The translations under genes and the position numbers were made by a program. Under the pieces are notes generated by a model. That model was not told where the DNA came from. It saw only the letters and a list, made by a program, of their open reading frames with translations, and searched no databases. Positions 10,068 to 20,736 of a stretch of DNA of 64,000 nt are shown here, one piece after another. Source of the stretch: Histomonas meleagridis 2922-C6/04-290x (Eukaryota > Protista > Parabasalia); assembly GCA_020184695.1 (NCBI GenBank), contig JAANOX010000255.1:48185-112184 (forward strand), written 5' to 3'. How positions within the stretch are numbered: the first letter of the stretch is position 1; each line of letters starts with the position of its first letter.

Positions 10068-11593
10068 TTACATAAAAACACGTTCCTTATAATTCCTTAG
10101 TCCAATAAGTGCCTTTGCAATCGAACTCTCCCCGTCGCAGCCCGCCTCCTTCCCTAATATCTTCAGCAGCTCTTCATATATCTTTATCATCCTCTTCAAC
10201 GCGACATTCGCACTCGTTGCGATGCATATTGCTAACCCTTTTCCTTCGTACGGCGTACCGAAGAACTGTATCCTAAATCCGACTCTGTGTCATCAATTCC
10301 AGACTGAGAGAAAAGATCAAGCATTTCTTCCCATACATGTTTAGATGGTAAAGAAGGAAGCAAAAGAATAAGAGTTACATTTTTTAACATTAAATCAAAG
10401 CATCTTATCAGATCTTGTAACCCTGTTATAACGTGAACAATTAAATTTGGAGCTTTTTCTATTTCTTTATATTTTCCACGAAGAAGATTTTGAAGTTGTT
10501 CAGCTCGGCTGCTTACTGTTCTTAAACGGCTTCTAATCTCGAGCTGCTCGAAACCGTTTATTTACGTTTAAATTTCTCCAGAAATTTTGAATGGTAAAAG
10601 CGGCTTTGGAAATTTCTTTTCATGTTTTCTAAATATTTATTTATACATTTCTGAATTGTATATGCAGCATATGATTTCTTTTGTTCAACAAGTTCGTCAA
10701 TTCCATTAAGATATTCATATATATTGTCATCTGTGATAACATTAAGAAGTGCAGCTTCACTAAGTTTGCGTCCATTAACTTCCGCAAATTTGTCACAGTA
10801 AGCTTCAATTCGGTTAAGAACTGTTTCAATACGGTTCCATATTTCATTATTTGTTCTTTTGAATGACTCGAAATCTGGCGTTTCTCGAGGGATCTTACCT
10901 TTTATTACAAGGAGAGTTTGCTGGGCATATTTATCTTGAAGTTCTTCATAGATTCTTGGAGCTTTATATTCATTTGATCCAACATAAATACTATCTGTAC
11001 TCGTTGAGTAGCTCAATGCACTCTGTGAGGAAATAGAAGAAGCGTTACTACTAGCTCTTTGAAGGGATTTGCGTTTTTCTGTGAGTTGTTTAAATTGAGA
11101 ATCTGTAAAAATTCTTTTTTGTCGTCTTTCTCTCCGCTATGGCACCTTGTATATCCATATAGATCATAGGAGACACTATTTTGTTTTGTTGATCTGTTGG
11201 GTCAATATGCCCAGTAACAAATGGCAAGTCATTATTTAAATTTGATAATTGTTGATACCTTTTATCAGGTTCTGTGGTAACTTTGTTTATAGCTGCATAT
11301 CTTTTCCTGAGGTTTGATGAATGTGTACTTTTAAAAGGATGATATTCTCGTGGCTTTGTGTTAATCGTTTCTGTATTTTTGTTTTGCTTCGAGGACTTAA
11401 CAACTTTGAAGCCACTAAAGATTCATTGTTTGGTATGCTAATTTATTCAGTTTTAATTTTAAATTATTTGTTGTTTCAGATAATTTCGATTTTGAATATT
11501 CGACTTCTGAAGTTTTCAGTGATTTTTTTCAGAAAATTTTTGGTGTGCATTCAAAATAATATTTGCTAAAGTGTTTTTTTCTCCATCAGCCAT
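10068..11593 (-). pseudogene. Frameshifted IQ-motif protein, IQCH-like, apparently with an internal deletion
   Basis: ATG 11593 (MADGEKNTLANIIL). Coding-like segments lie in different frames, including IQ motifs AAYTIQKCI and AAFTIQNFWR, then LIVHVITG...DLIRCFDL, then a C-terminal segment ending at TAA 10068. Several 1-nt frameshifts. Confidence 0.5.
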
Positions 11594-12231
11594 CAACTAT
11601 TAGAACCCTTTTTCATAAAATATGTGTCACTTTTATTATAAACGGTCATTCAAAAAAAAACATTGGAAAACCGATACCAATTTATGAAAAGTGTTGTGTT
11701 TTGCGATGTTTGAAATCGATTCTTGATCGCAAATGCATTAAATGTGTAACCACGATTAGAATACTTTAATATGATAGCATTCAAATAAATGTTACTAAAT
11801 TACGAAAATCAATTTTAGCTATATATCAATTTTTTACATATACCATTTGGCGAATTATAGAAATTATAACCTCCTTAAATTATAATTACTATCAGAATTG
11901 ATTTAGTATAAATATAAATCGATTTTCACGAGATATTTTTATTTTTAATGATAAAATTTTGAATACCATCGTTCAGAACGATATAAAAATTTTGAATGCA
12001 TATTGTCACTTTTTTATCAAGATAATAATATCGATAAAATAAACGGTTTATCGATACCCATCCTCCGGAAAACCATTATATAAAGCTGATAAAAACTAAT
12101 AACTTTTGAAAGAAATTGAATAATAAAAATGTGGTAGTCGTTACTGCTACAACCGCTACAGTATTCTGTAAACTTCTCATTTTTGAATAGCGGCATTTTT
12201 TTTGATTTATCGTCAATCGGTTCACATTGTT

Positions 12232-13089
12232 ATGAATCAATTTGCTGAAGCAGAAGTATCTCATCTTATAAATGACCTTAGTATGTTTAAAACAACCAAT
12301 ACAAATATATCAAGTGGAGCATTTCGTGTTGATAAAGGAATTATCAATTACACTGAACAATTTGTTGCAATGAAAAGAGCCCAAACCGAAGATGCATATA
12401 ATTCACTCATCAACGAATTTAAAGTATTATGTATAGTATCAAATGTAACAGTGCAATCTTTGGTTGGGTTTTATCCAAATGATGACCATAAAAAAGCAGT
12501 TTTGATCACTCCATTTTATAAGAATGGAAATTTACGTAATGTTATTAATACACAACCATCTGAATGGACCTTGAATACAAAAATAATTGTTTTTCTAGGT
12601 GTTTCTTATGGGTTAAAATATCTTCACGAAAATGACATCATTCATCATGATCTAACAGTTGATAATATATTTATTGATGATAATTTCCATCCAATTATTA
12701 GTGGTTTTGGACTTACGCATAAGTCAATTGAACCAGACTCAGTTTCAAAAGTTCGATATCTTGCACCTGAAATTATCAATGGAGAAAAATACACTAAAAA
12801 GACTGATGTATATACATTTGGACTTCTCATGAATGAAATATTTTCTTCCAAACAACCCTATGAAGGCCTTAATATTCAACAAATTAAAGAAAATATTAAT
12901 AATGGCGTACTACCTGAAATTTCAAATACAACACCACCAGTTTTTGTATCTTTAATTAAAAAATGTCTTTCTAAAGATCCTAAAAAGAGATGCAAATCAA
13001 AAAAGTTATTTAATAAGATTCGAAGCATATATGATGAAATTTCCGGTATTAATAGATCAATTCTTGACAATTATAAAAAAATCAAATAA
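12232..13089 (+). CDS. TKL-like protein kinase domain, probable pseudokinase
   Basis: ATG 12232 follows an Inr-like TCAC. VAMK, IIHHDLTVDN (HRD and catalytic-loop K altered), GFG in place of DFG, YLAPE and DVYTFG are present. Confidence 0.78.
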   Translation: MNQFAEAEVSHLINDLSMFKTTNTNISSGAFRVDKGIINYTEQFVAMKRAQTEDAYNSLINEFKVLCIVSNVTVQSLVGFYPNDDHKKAVLITPFYKNGNLRNVINTQPSEWTLNTKIIVFLGVSYGLKYLHENDIIHHDLTVDNIFIDDNFHPIISGFGLTHKSIEPDSVSKVRYLAPEIINGEKYTKKTDVYTFGLLMNEIFSSKQPYEGLNIQQIKENINNGVLPEISNTTPPVFVSLIKKCLSKDPKKRCKSKKLFNKIRSIYDEISGINRSILDNYKKIK

Positions 13090-13201
13090 TATATTCAGAA
13101 CTATTTCCATTTAATAATTTTTGTTATACCAACACCATTAACAGATATTAAATCCAATCCTCATCCATGGGATAAAACATCTAAATATCCTATTTTTAAT
13201 T

Positions 13202-15202
13202 AAGAACTTTGAATCAACCCTACGTAAAGCAGGAAATAGACCTATAGTTTTAGTAATGTTATTTGGACCATATCAATCAGGTAAATCAACATATCTTAAG
13301 ACACTTACAGGGAATGGAGCATTTTATGCCGGAAAAGGAACAAAAAGTCAAACTCAAGGCATACTAATTGATGGACCTTATATCATTTCTGATATAATAA
13401 ATAGATTTAGTAAAGATTATGCGAAACTAAAAGAAAAATGTGATTCAATTAATGTCGATAAAAATACAGCAATATTTTTCATTGATTCACAAGGTATTGG
13501 TGATGAAAAGTATGAATTAAAGCTTAAGCCAATATTAGATAAAGTTAATGCAGTCTTTACTTCAATTTCTACTGTATGTTTAACTATATCTAGGTTTAAT
13601 GATAAAGTTGATGATTTTAAAAGTACTTTAACAACAATTCGTCGTGCACAACTTTCTTCTTCATTTCCTTTATCGAAGGTTTTTTTCCTTGTAAGAGATT
13701 TCAAAGATTTAGAACAGAATTTAGATCAAAGAAATCCAGATCAATATCAAGATAATTTTAAGAATTTTTCTGAGTTATGGTGGAAAGAACATAACATAGC
13801 AAAAGAACTTTATTTGCCAAATTCATTAAAACCTTTACCTCTTGGGGATGTTGAAGCCAATTTAAGTGGATATATTAATAGTGTCTATCAATCATTTTAC
13901 TTTATTTTAAAGTTTATAAATTCAATACAAAATGTATCATATCCATTATTTTCAAATGATTTTCAAAATTTTATGGATTTAATACTCAAATTCGAAAAAG
14001 AATTTATATTAAAAATACCTAATAAACCATTAGCAGATTGTGTAGCATGTACATTTTTACTTAAGGATCTTATAGGAAAAAAATTGAAAATTGATAATGA
14101 CCCATCTAAAATTGATGAATTAACTGATGAGGTATATAAATTTATAGACATAGTTTTAGAAACTATATTACCATATATTCTTGGTAATGCTGAAGTTAAG
14201 TTTTGTGATTATGCTCAATATGTAACAGAAATTAAACGTGATTTGAAAGCTTCTATTGGAATAAATATTCAATATATGAAGTCAAAGATAAAAGAATATC
14301 AATATGTTAGTGCAAATAAGTGGAAATTAAGAATGAAATATATTGCAGCTGCAACATTCATTGGAGTGGTTCTTCCTTTTGCAGGAGAATTTGTTGCAGG
14401 TATTATTGGTTGTGCTTTTGAATCTTATATAAGCAACACATTACGATTCTCTGATAAGCAAATAAAAGAAATAATTAATAATGTAAAGACACCATTTTAT
14501 CCATATATTTGGGATATTTGCTATAATCGAAAAGCAAATGAGTTAATTATTTATCAAATTCTCAAGAAACCAATTACACAAAATCAGACATTAATTGTAT
14601 TTTATGAACAACCAAATCATCATTCAGAACTTTTGTTTCAATCATTAACCGGATTCCAAATTAAGCACAACATTGAAAAACAAATACTATTTTATGCAAA
14701 TGTTTCTTCCATTGAACTTATATCAAGATTTAAAAGTGTTGATTCTTCTCTTTTTAAACGTGATAAGAAAGCAACAAAACTACCAGAAAAAATTAGTATA
14801 ATATACATGTGTGGAATTACTCAAGATGAATTTTGGGAATTTGAAAAATCTCAAAATGTTGAATTAATATTTGTAACAACAATTAAAAAAGATGAACAAA
14901 TTAGTATAAAGCCATATATATTAAAAAAGTTAAATGTAATGACACTTTCACCTGATTATTATCAATTTTATATTGTTGATAAACCGAATTTTAAATATGA
15001 AATGTGGAAAACTAACAAAACCTCAAATGATAATAATCAAATTAAATTTTTACCAATTCATGCAGGTGATTATCAACTTGAAAATTATGGTCCGAGATGC
15101 ATAGCTTCAATCAAATATGCATGTAGATACATATTAAAGGATCCAATATTAAAACTAACAAATGAAGAAATTCAAGAATACGAAAAAAATCAAGCTAATT
15201 AA
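13202..15202 (+). CDS. GBP/atlastin-like large GTPase with hydrophobic segment; probably the 3' part of a kinase-GTPase fusion
   Basis: GPYQSGKST (G1), TQGI (G2), FFIDSQG (G3). The beta strand before the P-loop (RPIVLVML) is encoded in-frame upstream of ATG 13256. Hydrophobic stretch YIAAATFIGVVLPFAGEFVAGIIG. Confidence 0.7.
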   Translation, partial: KNFESTLRKAGNRPIVLVMLFGPYQSGKSTYLKTLTGNGAFYAGKGTKSQTQGILIDGPYIISDIINRFSKDYAKLKEKCDSINVDKNTAIFFIDSQGIGDEKYELKLKPILDKVNAVFTSISTVCLTISRFNDKVDDFKSTLTTIRRAQLSSSFPLSKVFFLVRDFKDLEQNLDQRNPDQYQDNFKNFSELWWKEHNIAKELYLPNSLKPLPLGDVEANLSGYINSVYQSFYFILKFINSIQNVSYPLFSNDFQNFMDLILKFEKEFILKIPNKPLADCVACTFLLKDLIGKKLKIDNDPSKIDELTDEVYKFIDIVLETILPYILGNAEVKFCDYAQYVTEIKRDLKASIGINIQYMKSKIKEYQYVSANKWKLRMKYIAAATFIGVVLPFAGEFVAGIIGCAFESYISNTLRFSDKQIKEIINNVKTPFYPYIWDICYNRKANELIIYQILKKPITQNQTLIVFYEQPNHHSELLFQSLTGFQIKHNIEKQILFYANVSSIELISRFKSVDSSLFKRDKKATKLPEKISIIYMCGITQDEFWEFEKSQNVELIFVTTIKKDEQISIKPYILKKLNVMTLSPDYYQFYIVDKPNFKYEMWKTNKTSNDNNQIKFLPIHAGDYQLENYGPRCIASIKYACRYILKDPILKLTNEEIQEYEKNQAN

Positions 15203-15621
15203 TACGTTAATTAGTAAAAAGTCTTAAAAAAATTTTTTTTTTACCTTTTTGTAAGGCTTACAGAAAAAAATGAACTTTGTTTGAACAAATATAAACTCAA
15301 AATCATATCGGCATCTATTATATACACAAAAGCCACTTTTTCATTGATTTTTTGCATAATTTACTGAAAAATGCACTTTTCCTTCACACAACACAAGCAT
15401 AGAAAATTTGTCTAATGATTATTGCTCAAAGGTGATCTCTATTCCATTGGTAGTAGGCATCGAACAAGAAAAATGAAGCCGCATATTTTAATGTCAACTT
15501 TTATAGGTGTTTTTAAAAATAATAATACAACACCTAGATCTATAAATTTTATTATTTTTTACTTACACAAAAAAGTTTTTATTTAAATATTAGTACATAT
15601 ATGTATTTGGTTCTTGTTCAA

Positions 15622-15933
15622 TCACTTCCTGATGTGTCTTTTAAAGAAGTCACTCCATGACTCATAGCTTGATCCTTGTTGATCATAGATATAATTCCCC
15701 TGTTGTGCTTCAACAGTAGGCACATTATATATTCGATACACGCTGCCATTTTTCATGTGTAGCACCAAGAAATTTGGCATTGTATCACTAAAACTTCCGT
15801 AAAATCCATATTGAGGATAATCATTCGAAAAAAATAGCCAACTCCCAGTGCTGTTAGAATACTCTAACAATGATGCCATCATGATCATAACAGTTTGGCG
15901 AGGTCCTAACATTGCAAGAAATTTGATAAACAT
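15622..15933 (-). CDS. Small hypothetical ORF, possibly a gene fragment
   Basis: 103-aa ORF with no recognisable motif; upstream sequence looks coding but is broken. Confidence 0.25.
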   Translation of the reverse strand: MFIKFLAMLGPRQTVMIMMASLLEYSNSTGSWLFFSNDYPQYGFYGSFSDTMPNFLVLHMKNGSVYRIYNVPTVEAQQGNYIYDQQGSSYESWSDFFKRHIRK

Positions 15934-16208
15934 GATTTTTCAATTATTGATTGAAATTAAGGCTTGGAGAACACTCTCTGCATAGTCAATGCGTTGCATG
16001 TTCTGTTTTATCATGTTAGCTGCTCTATGAATTCTGTTGCATTGAATGATTCACATTGATATCCTACAATTTCTTCCCATAAATTTGTCAAAAATATCAT
16101 TATTCATTTTTTTAATGTGTTTTATTTATCAAAAATTTCATAATTTCCATTTTCCATAACCCAAATAAATTTAATATTTCACATGTTACATTTATTTAAT
16201 ATTATTAC

Positions 16209-19200
16209 TTAATTAGCAGATTCTATACATTCTTCCAGCACCAACAATTGCTGTGCCAACACCACCAAACCCGGCTCCAAATTCTTTATAATTTCATCCG
16301 CAGAGCTTGTGTTATCTTTCATCGCCTGTATCATTCGGATCAATTTACTAATTCCGATTTCCTTCTCCAAAAACGCTCTAATTGCTTCTGCTCTGAACGA
16401 AATAGAGTCCGTATCTTTCGCAATCGGCAATTTGATATCTTTGTTTTGCAGGTGGAAAACAGGCGTATGTTCCTTCGTTTCGTTTTGTTTCTGTTTTTCT
16501 GTTTCATCTTCTTTAATATCCAATGCTTCGTGAATAGTTTTCGCTTGATCCAAAATGTTCTGAAGTTCCGTTTCGTTATCATTTTCTTCAGTGTCTTCGT
16601 TTTCGAGCTCTTGTAACACTAATGAACGAGACTTAAGGAATTCTCCTGTTGATGTCGCATTAAGCGCTTTGGAGAAGTCGACTTTGGACGTAGTCATCGT
16701 TTTATCATTTTTGTTCGTTGTGCGCGAGATGTTCGATAGCTGCTGCTCTTTCTCTTTGAGCTTGTTCAATAGCTTCGGATCATGCGCACCTTCGTTACAC
16801 GCTTTGATAAGCTCGCGATTTTGCCGTAACTCTTCGCGCTGTTGTTTGAAGAGCTGCTTCATCGCCTCTTTGTCAAGCATCTTGCTGCGCGGACTCGGCG
16901 GCGATGCTAAGGTTGGCGCTGATGGCTGTCTTGGCGTCGTCGGCGCTTTGGATGTGGACTTGGTCGATGTGCTGTGCGATGAGGAAGGACGCGATGGTGG
17001 CTTCTGCTGTTGCTGTTGTTGCTGCTTTTGCTGCTGAAGTTTGTACTGACGACGCGCTTCGGCAACTGTGAGTTTACGAGCTGATGAACTTTCAGTGGTG
17101 TCCGTTGGCGTGTCTTTGGGCTGATTAGAAACCATTTGACCTTCTGCGCGTGCACGATTTGCGCGTGCGATGTGTCTCTGTTCGCGCATGTATGCATTGA
17201 TTTCTTCTAAATTCATTTCTTTCTTTTCCGGCTTTTTAACATTACTTTCATTTGGATTGCTTTGCTTTGGTGTTTGTGGCTCAGTCGGTGTCGCATTTCC
17301 ACGTTCAGCAGCCTCAGCGCGCGCTCTGTTGGCACGTGCAATGTGTCTCTGTTCGCGCATATATGCATTTATTTCTTCTAAATTCATTTCCTTCTTTTCT
17401 GGCTTCTTGACATTACTTTCATTTGAATTATTTTGTTTTGTCTTTTCTTCATTTGATGGTGTGTTTCCACGCTCTGCTGCTTCTGCTCTTGCTTTGTTTG
17501 CGCGCGCAATATGTCTTTGCTCACGCATGTATGCGTTGATTTCTTCCAAGTTCATTTCCTTCTTTTCTGGTTTCTTAACAATATTTTCTTCTTTGTCATT
17601 TTGCTTTTGTTGTTGTTCTTCAGCTGCATTTCCATATTCTGCTGCTTCTGCTCTTGCTTTGTTTGCACGTGCAATGTGTCTTTGCTCACGCATATACGCA
17701 TTGATCTCTTCCAAATTCATTTCTTTCTTTTCAGGCTTCTTAACATTACTTTCATTTGAATTGCTTTGCTTTGGCGTTTGTGACTCAATTGGTGTTACAT
17801 TTCCACGCTCTGCTGCCTCAGCGCGTGCTCTGTTGGCTCTTGCAATGTGTCTTTGCTCACGCATGTATGCATTGATCTCTTCTAAATTCATTTCTTTCTT
17901 TTCTGGTTTCTTAACAATATTTTCTTCTTTGTCATTTTGCTTTTGTTGTTGTTCTTCAGCTGCATTTCCATATTCTGCTGCTTCTGCTCTTGCTTTGTTT
18001 GCACGTGCAATGTGTCTCTGCTCTCTCATATATGCATTGATTTCTTCCAAGTTCATTTCCTTCTTTTCTGGTTTCTTAACAATATTTTCTTCTTTGTCAT
18101 TTTGCTTTTGTTGTTGTTCTTCAGCTGCATTTCCATATTCTGCTGCTTCTGCTCTTGCTTTGTTTGCACGTGCAATGTGTCTTTGCTCACGCATGTATGC
18201 ATTGATTTCTTCCAAATTCATTTCTTTCTTTTCTGGTTTCTTGGCAATATTTTCTTCTTTTTCATTTTGTTTTGGCAATTGCTCATTATTTAGTCCGTTT
18301 CCATATTCTGCTGCTTCTGCTTTTGCTTTATTAGCTCTTGCAATGTGTCTCTGCTCTCTCATATATGCATTAATTTCTTCCAAGTTCATTTCCTTCTTTT
18401 CTGGTTTCTTAACAATATTTTCTTCTTTGCTATTTTGCTTTGACTGTTGTTCTTCAAATGCATTTCCATATTCTGCTGCCTCAGCTCTTGCTTTATTTGC
18501 TCTTGCAATGTGTCTCTGCTCACGCATGTACGCATTTAACTCATCGATATTCATTTCTTTCTTTTCTGGTTTCTTATAATTATTTTCGTCTTTATCATTT
18601 TGTCTTGGCGAATGTTCTTCAAATGCATTTCCATATTCCGCCGCTTCTGCTCTTGCTTTATTTGCTCTTGCAATGTGTCTCTGCTCACGCATGTACGCAT
18701 TTAACTCATCGATATTCATTTCTTTCTTTTCTGGTTTCTTATAATTATTATCGTCTTTATCATTTTGTCTTGGCGAATGCTCTTCAAATGCATTTCCATA
18801 TTCCGCCGCTTCTGCTCTTGCTTTATTTGCTCTTGCAATATGTCTTTGCTCACGCATGTATGCATTTAACTCATCGATATTCATTTCCTTTTTCTGCGGT
18901 AATTTCTTTTCTACTACTTCAGGCTTTTCATCATATATTGGCGAATTATTTCCATATTCCGCTTGCATCAATCTCATTTTATTTGCTTGAGCTTCTTGTC
19001 TTTGCCTACGGTAAAATTCCTTCATTTCTTCTTCGCTCATTTTGTTTTCTTTTTTCTTTGGTATTGTATCATCCCATCCGCCGCCCATATTTAATGCATC
19101 TTTCGCGTCGCATCCTCCCATTTCCATTTGTCTCATTCTTTCTTTATTTGCTCTTGCAGCTCTTTGTTGTTCCATAAATATTCTCATTCTTTCATTGTTA

Positions 19201-20687
19201 TCAATTTCTTCTTTTTTCTTCTTCATATTTACCATTTGATTTCTATCTTCTTTAAATGTATCATTTTTATAACCACCACAAATCGCATTTCTTGCGTCAT
19301 TTCCTTGCATTTCTTGATATCTTTGTCTATTTCTATTTGCAATTGCTTCTCTTCTTTGTTCCATAAATAATCTTTTTCTTTCTTCATCTGAAATTTCATC
19401 TTTTCTTACATTTTTACGTGGCTGTGGTTGTGGTTGTGGATTATTATCATATCCTCCAAATATATTATAATTATTGTTCCGATTTTTGTTTTGTTGTGCA
19501 ATTCGATTACGTTCTTCATATTCCATTTGTCTTTTTCTTCTTTCAGCTTCAATCTTTTCTTCTTCTGCTTTCTTTCGTTGTTCTTCAATTTCACGCTTTT
19601 TTCGCGCTTCTTGTAATTGTTGTTCTTGACGCCTCTTACGCTCAAGAGCTTCTTCTTTTTGTCGAATTGCTTCTTCTCTTCTTGCTAACTCATCGTTTTT
19701 CGCTTTATATTGTCTTTCTAATTCCATTTGTTTTTGTTGTAGAATTTCCATTTTTTGATCTTTGTTTTTATTTTCGTCATTATTATTATTTTCTGGTGTT
19801 GGTTTCTTATGAACTATACATGTTGGCGCTGCAAATGGTTTTCTTCCATGTAAAACTGTATGTTGCATTTCATAATTCATTAATGTTTGATCAAGAAAAT
19901 TGCTGAGTTTTTCCTTAATAAATGGAATAGAGAGAATTTGATTAATCGTCGGACGCTCCTCGGGTTCTTTCGTTAACATTCGATCAACTAAAGATCGCAA
20001 GCCTTGAGAATAATTGGAACTAATCGGCGTATATCGGCCACGAACAATGTTCATTAAAAGTTGATTCATGTTTCCGGCTTCGAAAGCATGTTTTAAAGTA
20101 CATAGCTCATATAATATACATCCAAGTGACCATATGTCTGTCTTTGTATCATAAGGTTTGCCTTGACAAATTTCGGGCGAAAGATAATATGGTGTACCAA
20201 TTTGAGTTCGACAAACTTGGAAGGTATGTTCTAAAACACGGGCAATTCCAAAATCACCTAACTTTATAGTGCCATCTTTCATTAGAAATACATTTTGTCC
20301 TTTAAGATCACGATGTAATATTTTGCGATCATGAATATATTTAATGGCAAGCGCAAGTTGGATAAAATCATGAAGAATTTCATCTTCAGCAAATGGTTTC
20401 CTTGCAGCTTCTATTTTTTTGGCTAAATCCCCACCATCAGCATAACCCATTACAATGTATAAACAACCTCGTTCTTGAAAACTTTCTGTGTATTCAACAA
20501 TATATGGATGTTTGAGTGATGATAAGACTTTTGCTTCTTTTAAGGCATCTTCACGATCTTTAGGAGATAATGCAGTTAAACGAACTTCTTTAATTACAAA
20601 CATTTGCTTGTTTTCCTTATTTTTTGCAAGGATAGCTTTACCATATCCTCCTTGACCTAAAGATCGGATCTGTTCGTATTTTTGCAT
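16209..20687 (-). CDS. NEK (NIMA-related) Ser/Thr kinase with long tandem-repeat insert
   Basis: GQGGYGKA, VIKE, LHRDLKGQN, DFGIARVL, GTPYYLSPE. C-terminal FRAEAIRAFLEKEIG motif is typical of NEK1/3/5-type tails. Confidence 0.95.
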   Translation of the reverse strand: MQKYEQIRSLGQGGYGKAILAKNKENKQMFVIKEVRLTALSPKDREDALKEAKVLSSLKHPYIVEYTESFQERGCLYIVMGYADGGDLAKKIEAARKPFAEDEILHDFIQLALAIKYIHDRKILHRDLKGQNVFLMKDGTIKLGDFGIARVLEHTFQVCRTQIGTPYYLSPEICQGKPYDTKTDIWSLGCILYELCTLKHAFEAGNMNQLLMNIVRGRYTPISSNYSQGLRSLVDRMLTKEPEERPTINQILSIPFIKEKLSNFLDQTLMNYEMQHTVLHGRKPFAAPTCIVHKKPTPENNNNDENKNKDQKMEILQQKQMELERQYKAKNDELARREEAIRQKEEALERKRRQEQQLQEARKKREIEEQRKKAEEEKIEAERRKRQMEYEERNRIAQQNKNRNNNYNIFGGYDNNPQPQPQPRKNVRKDEISDEERKRLFMEQRREAIANRNRQRYQEMQGNDARNAICGGYKNDTFKEDRNQMVNMKKKKEEIDNNERMRIFMEQQRAARANKERMRQMEMGGCDAKDALNMGGGWDDTIPKKKENKMSEEEMKEFYRRQRQEAQANKMRLMQAEYGNNSPIYDEKPEVVEKKLPQKKEMNIDELNAYMREQRHIARANKARAEAAEYGNAFEEHSPRQNDKDDNNYKKPEKKEMNIDELNAYMREQRHIARANKARAEAAEYGNAFEEHSPRQNDKDENNYKKPEKKEMNIDELNAYMREQRHIARANKARAEAAEYGNAFEEQQSKQNSKEENIVKKPEKKEMNLEEINAYMREQRHIARANKAKAEAAEYGNGLNNEQLPKQNEKEENIAKKPEKKEMNLEEINAYMREQRHIARANKARAEAAEYGNAAEEQQQKQNDKEENIVKKPEKKEMNLEEINAYMREQRHIARANKARAEAAEYGNAAEEQQQKQNDKEENIVKKPEKKEMNLEEINAYMREQRHIARANRARAEAAERGNVTPIESQTPKQSNSNESNVKKPEKKEMNLEEINAYMREQRHIARANKARAEAAEYGNAAEEQQQKQNDKEENIVKKPEKKEMNLEEINAYMREQRHIARANKARAEAAERGNTPSNEEKTKQNNSNESNVKKPEKKEMNLEEINAYMREQRHIARANRARAEAAERGNATPTEPQTPKQSNPNESNVKKPEKKEMNLEEINAYMREQRHIARANRARAEGQMVSNQPKDTPTDTTESSSARKLTVAEARRQYKLQQQKQQQQQQQKPPSRPSSSHSTSTKSTSKAPTTPRQPSAPTLASPPSPRSKMLDKEAMKQLFKQQREELRQNRELIKACNEGAHDPKLLNKLKEKEQQLSNISRTTNKNDKTMTTSKVDFSKALNATSTGEFLKSRSLVLQELENEDTEENDNETELQNILDQAKTIHEALDIKEDETEKQKQNETKEHTPVFHLQNKDIKLPIAKDTDSISFRAEAIRAFLEKEIGISKLIRMIQAMKDNTSSADEIIKNLEPGLVVLAQQLLVLEECIESAN
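17140..18893 (-). repeat. About 11 tandem copies of a 55-57-aa repeat (165-171 nt) in the NEK
   Basis: Unit KKEMN(L/I)(E/D)E(I/L)NAYMREQRHIARANKARAEAAEYGN...KKPE. tcatcgatat at 18541 and 18706 gives a 165-nt period. Confidence 0.95.
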
Positions 20688-20736
20688 TTGGTGAATAACG
20701 GTTTAAAATCAGGAATGTACGTTTAATAATTACATA
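20688..20736. promoter_or_regulatory. 49-bp bidirectional promoter with M3/Myb-like AACGGTT and Inr-like TCAC
   Basis: Head-to-head ATGs at 20687 (-) and 20737 (+). AACGGTT at 20697-20703. The minus strand reads ttcaccaaATG. Both motifs resemble trichomonad core promoter elements. Confidence 0.5.

Noticed and set aside
15195-15214. Hairpin ctaattaa-tacg-ttaattag over the GTPase stop codon
   Set aside because: An 8-bp almost all-AT stem can arise by chance; no supporting context.
17170-18579. 469-aa plus-strand ORF and other antisense ORFs (81-680, 60736-61329, etc.)
   Set aside because: Shadow ORFs on the antisense of low-complexity or repeat coding sequence.
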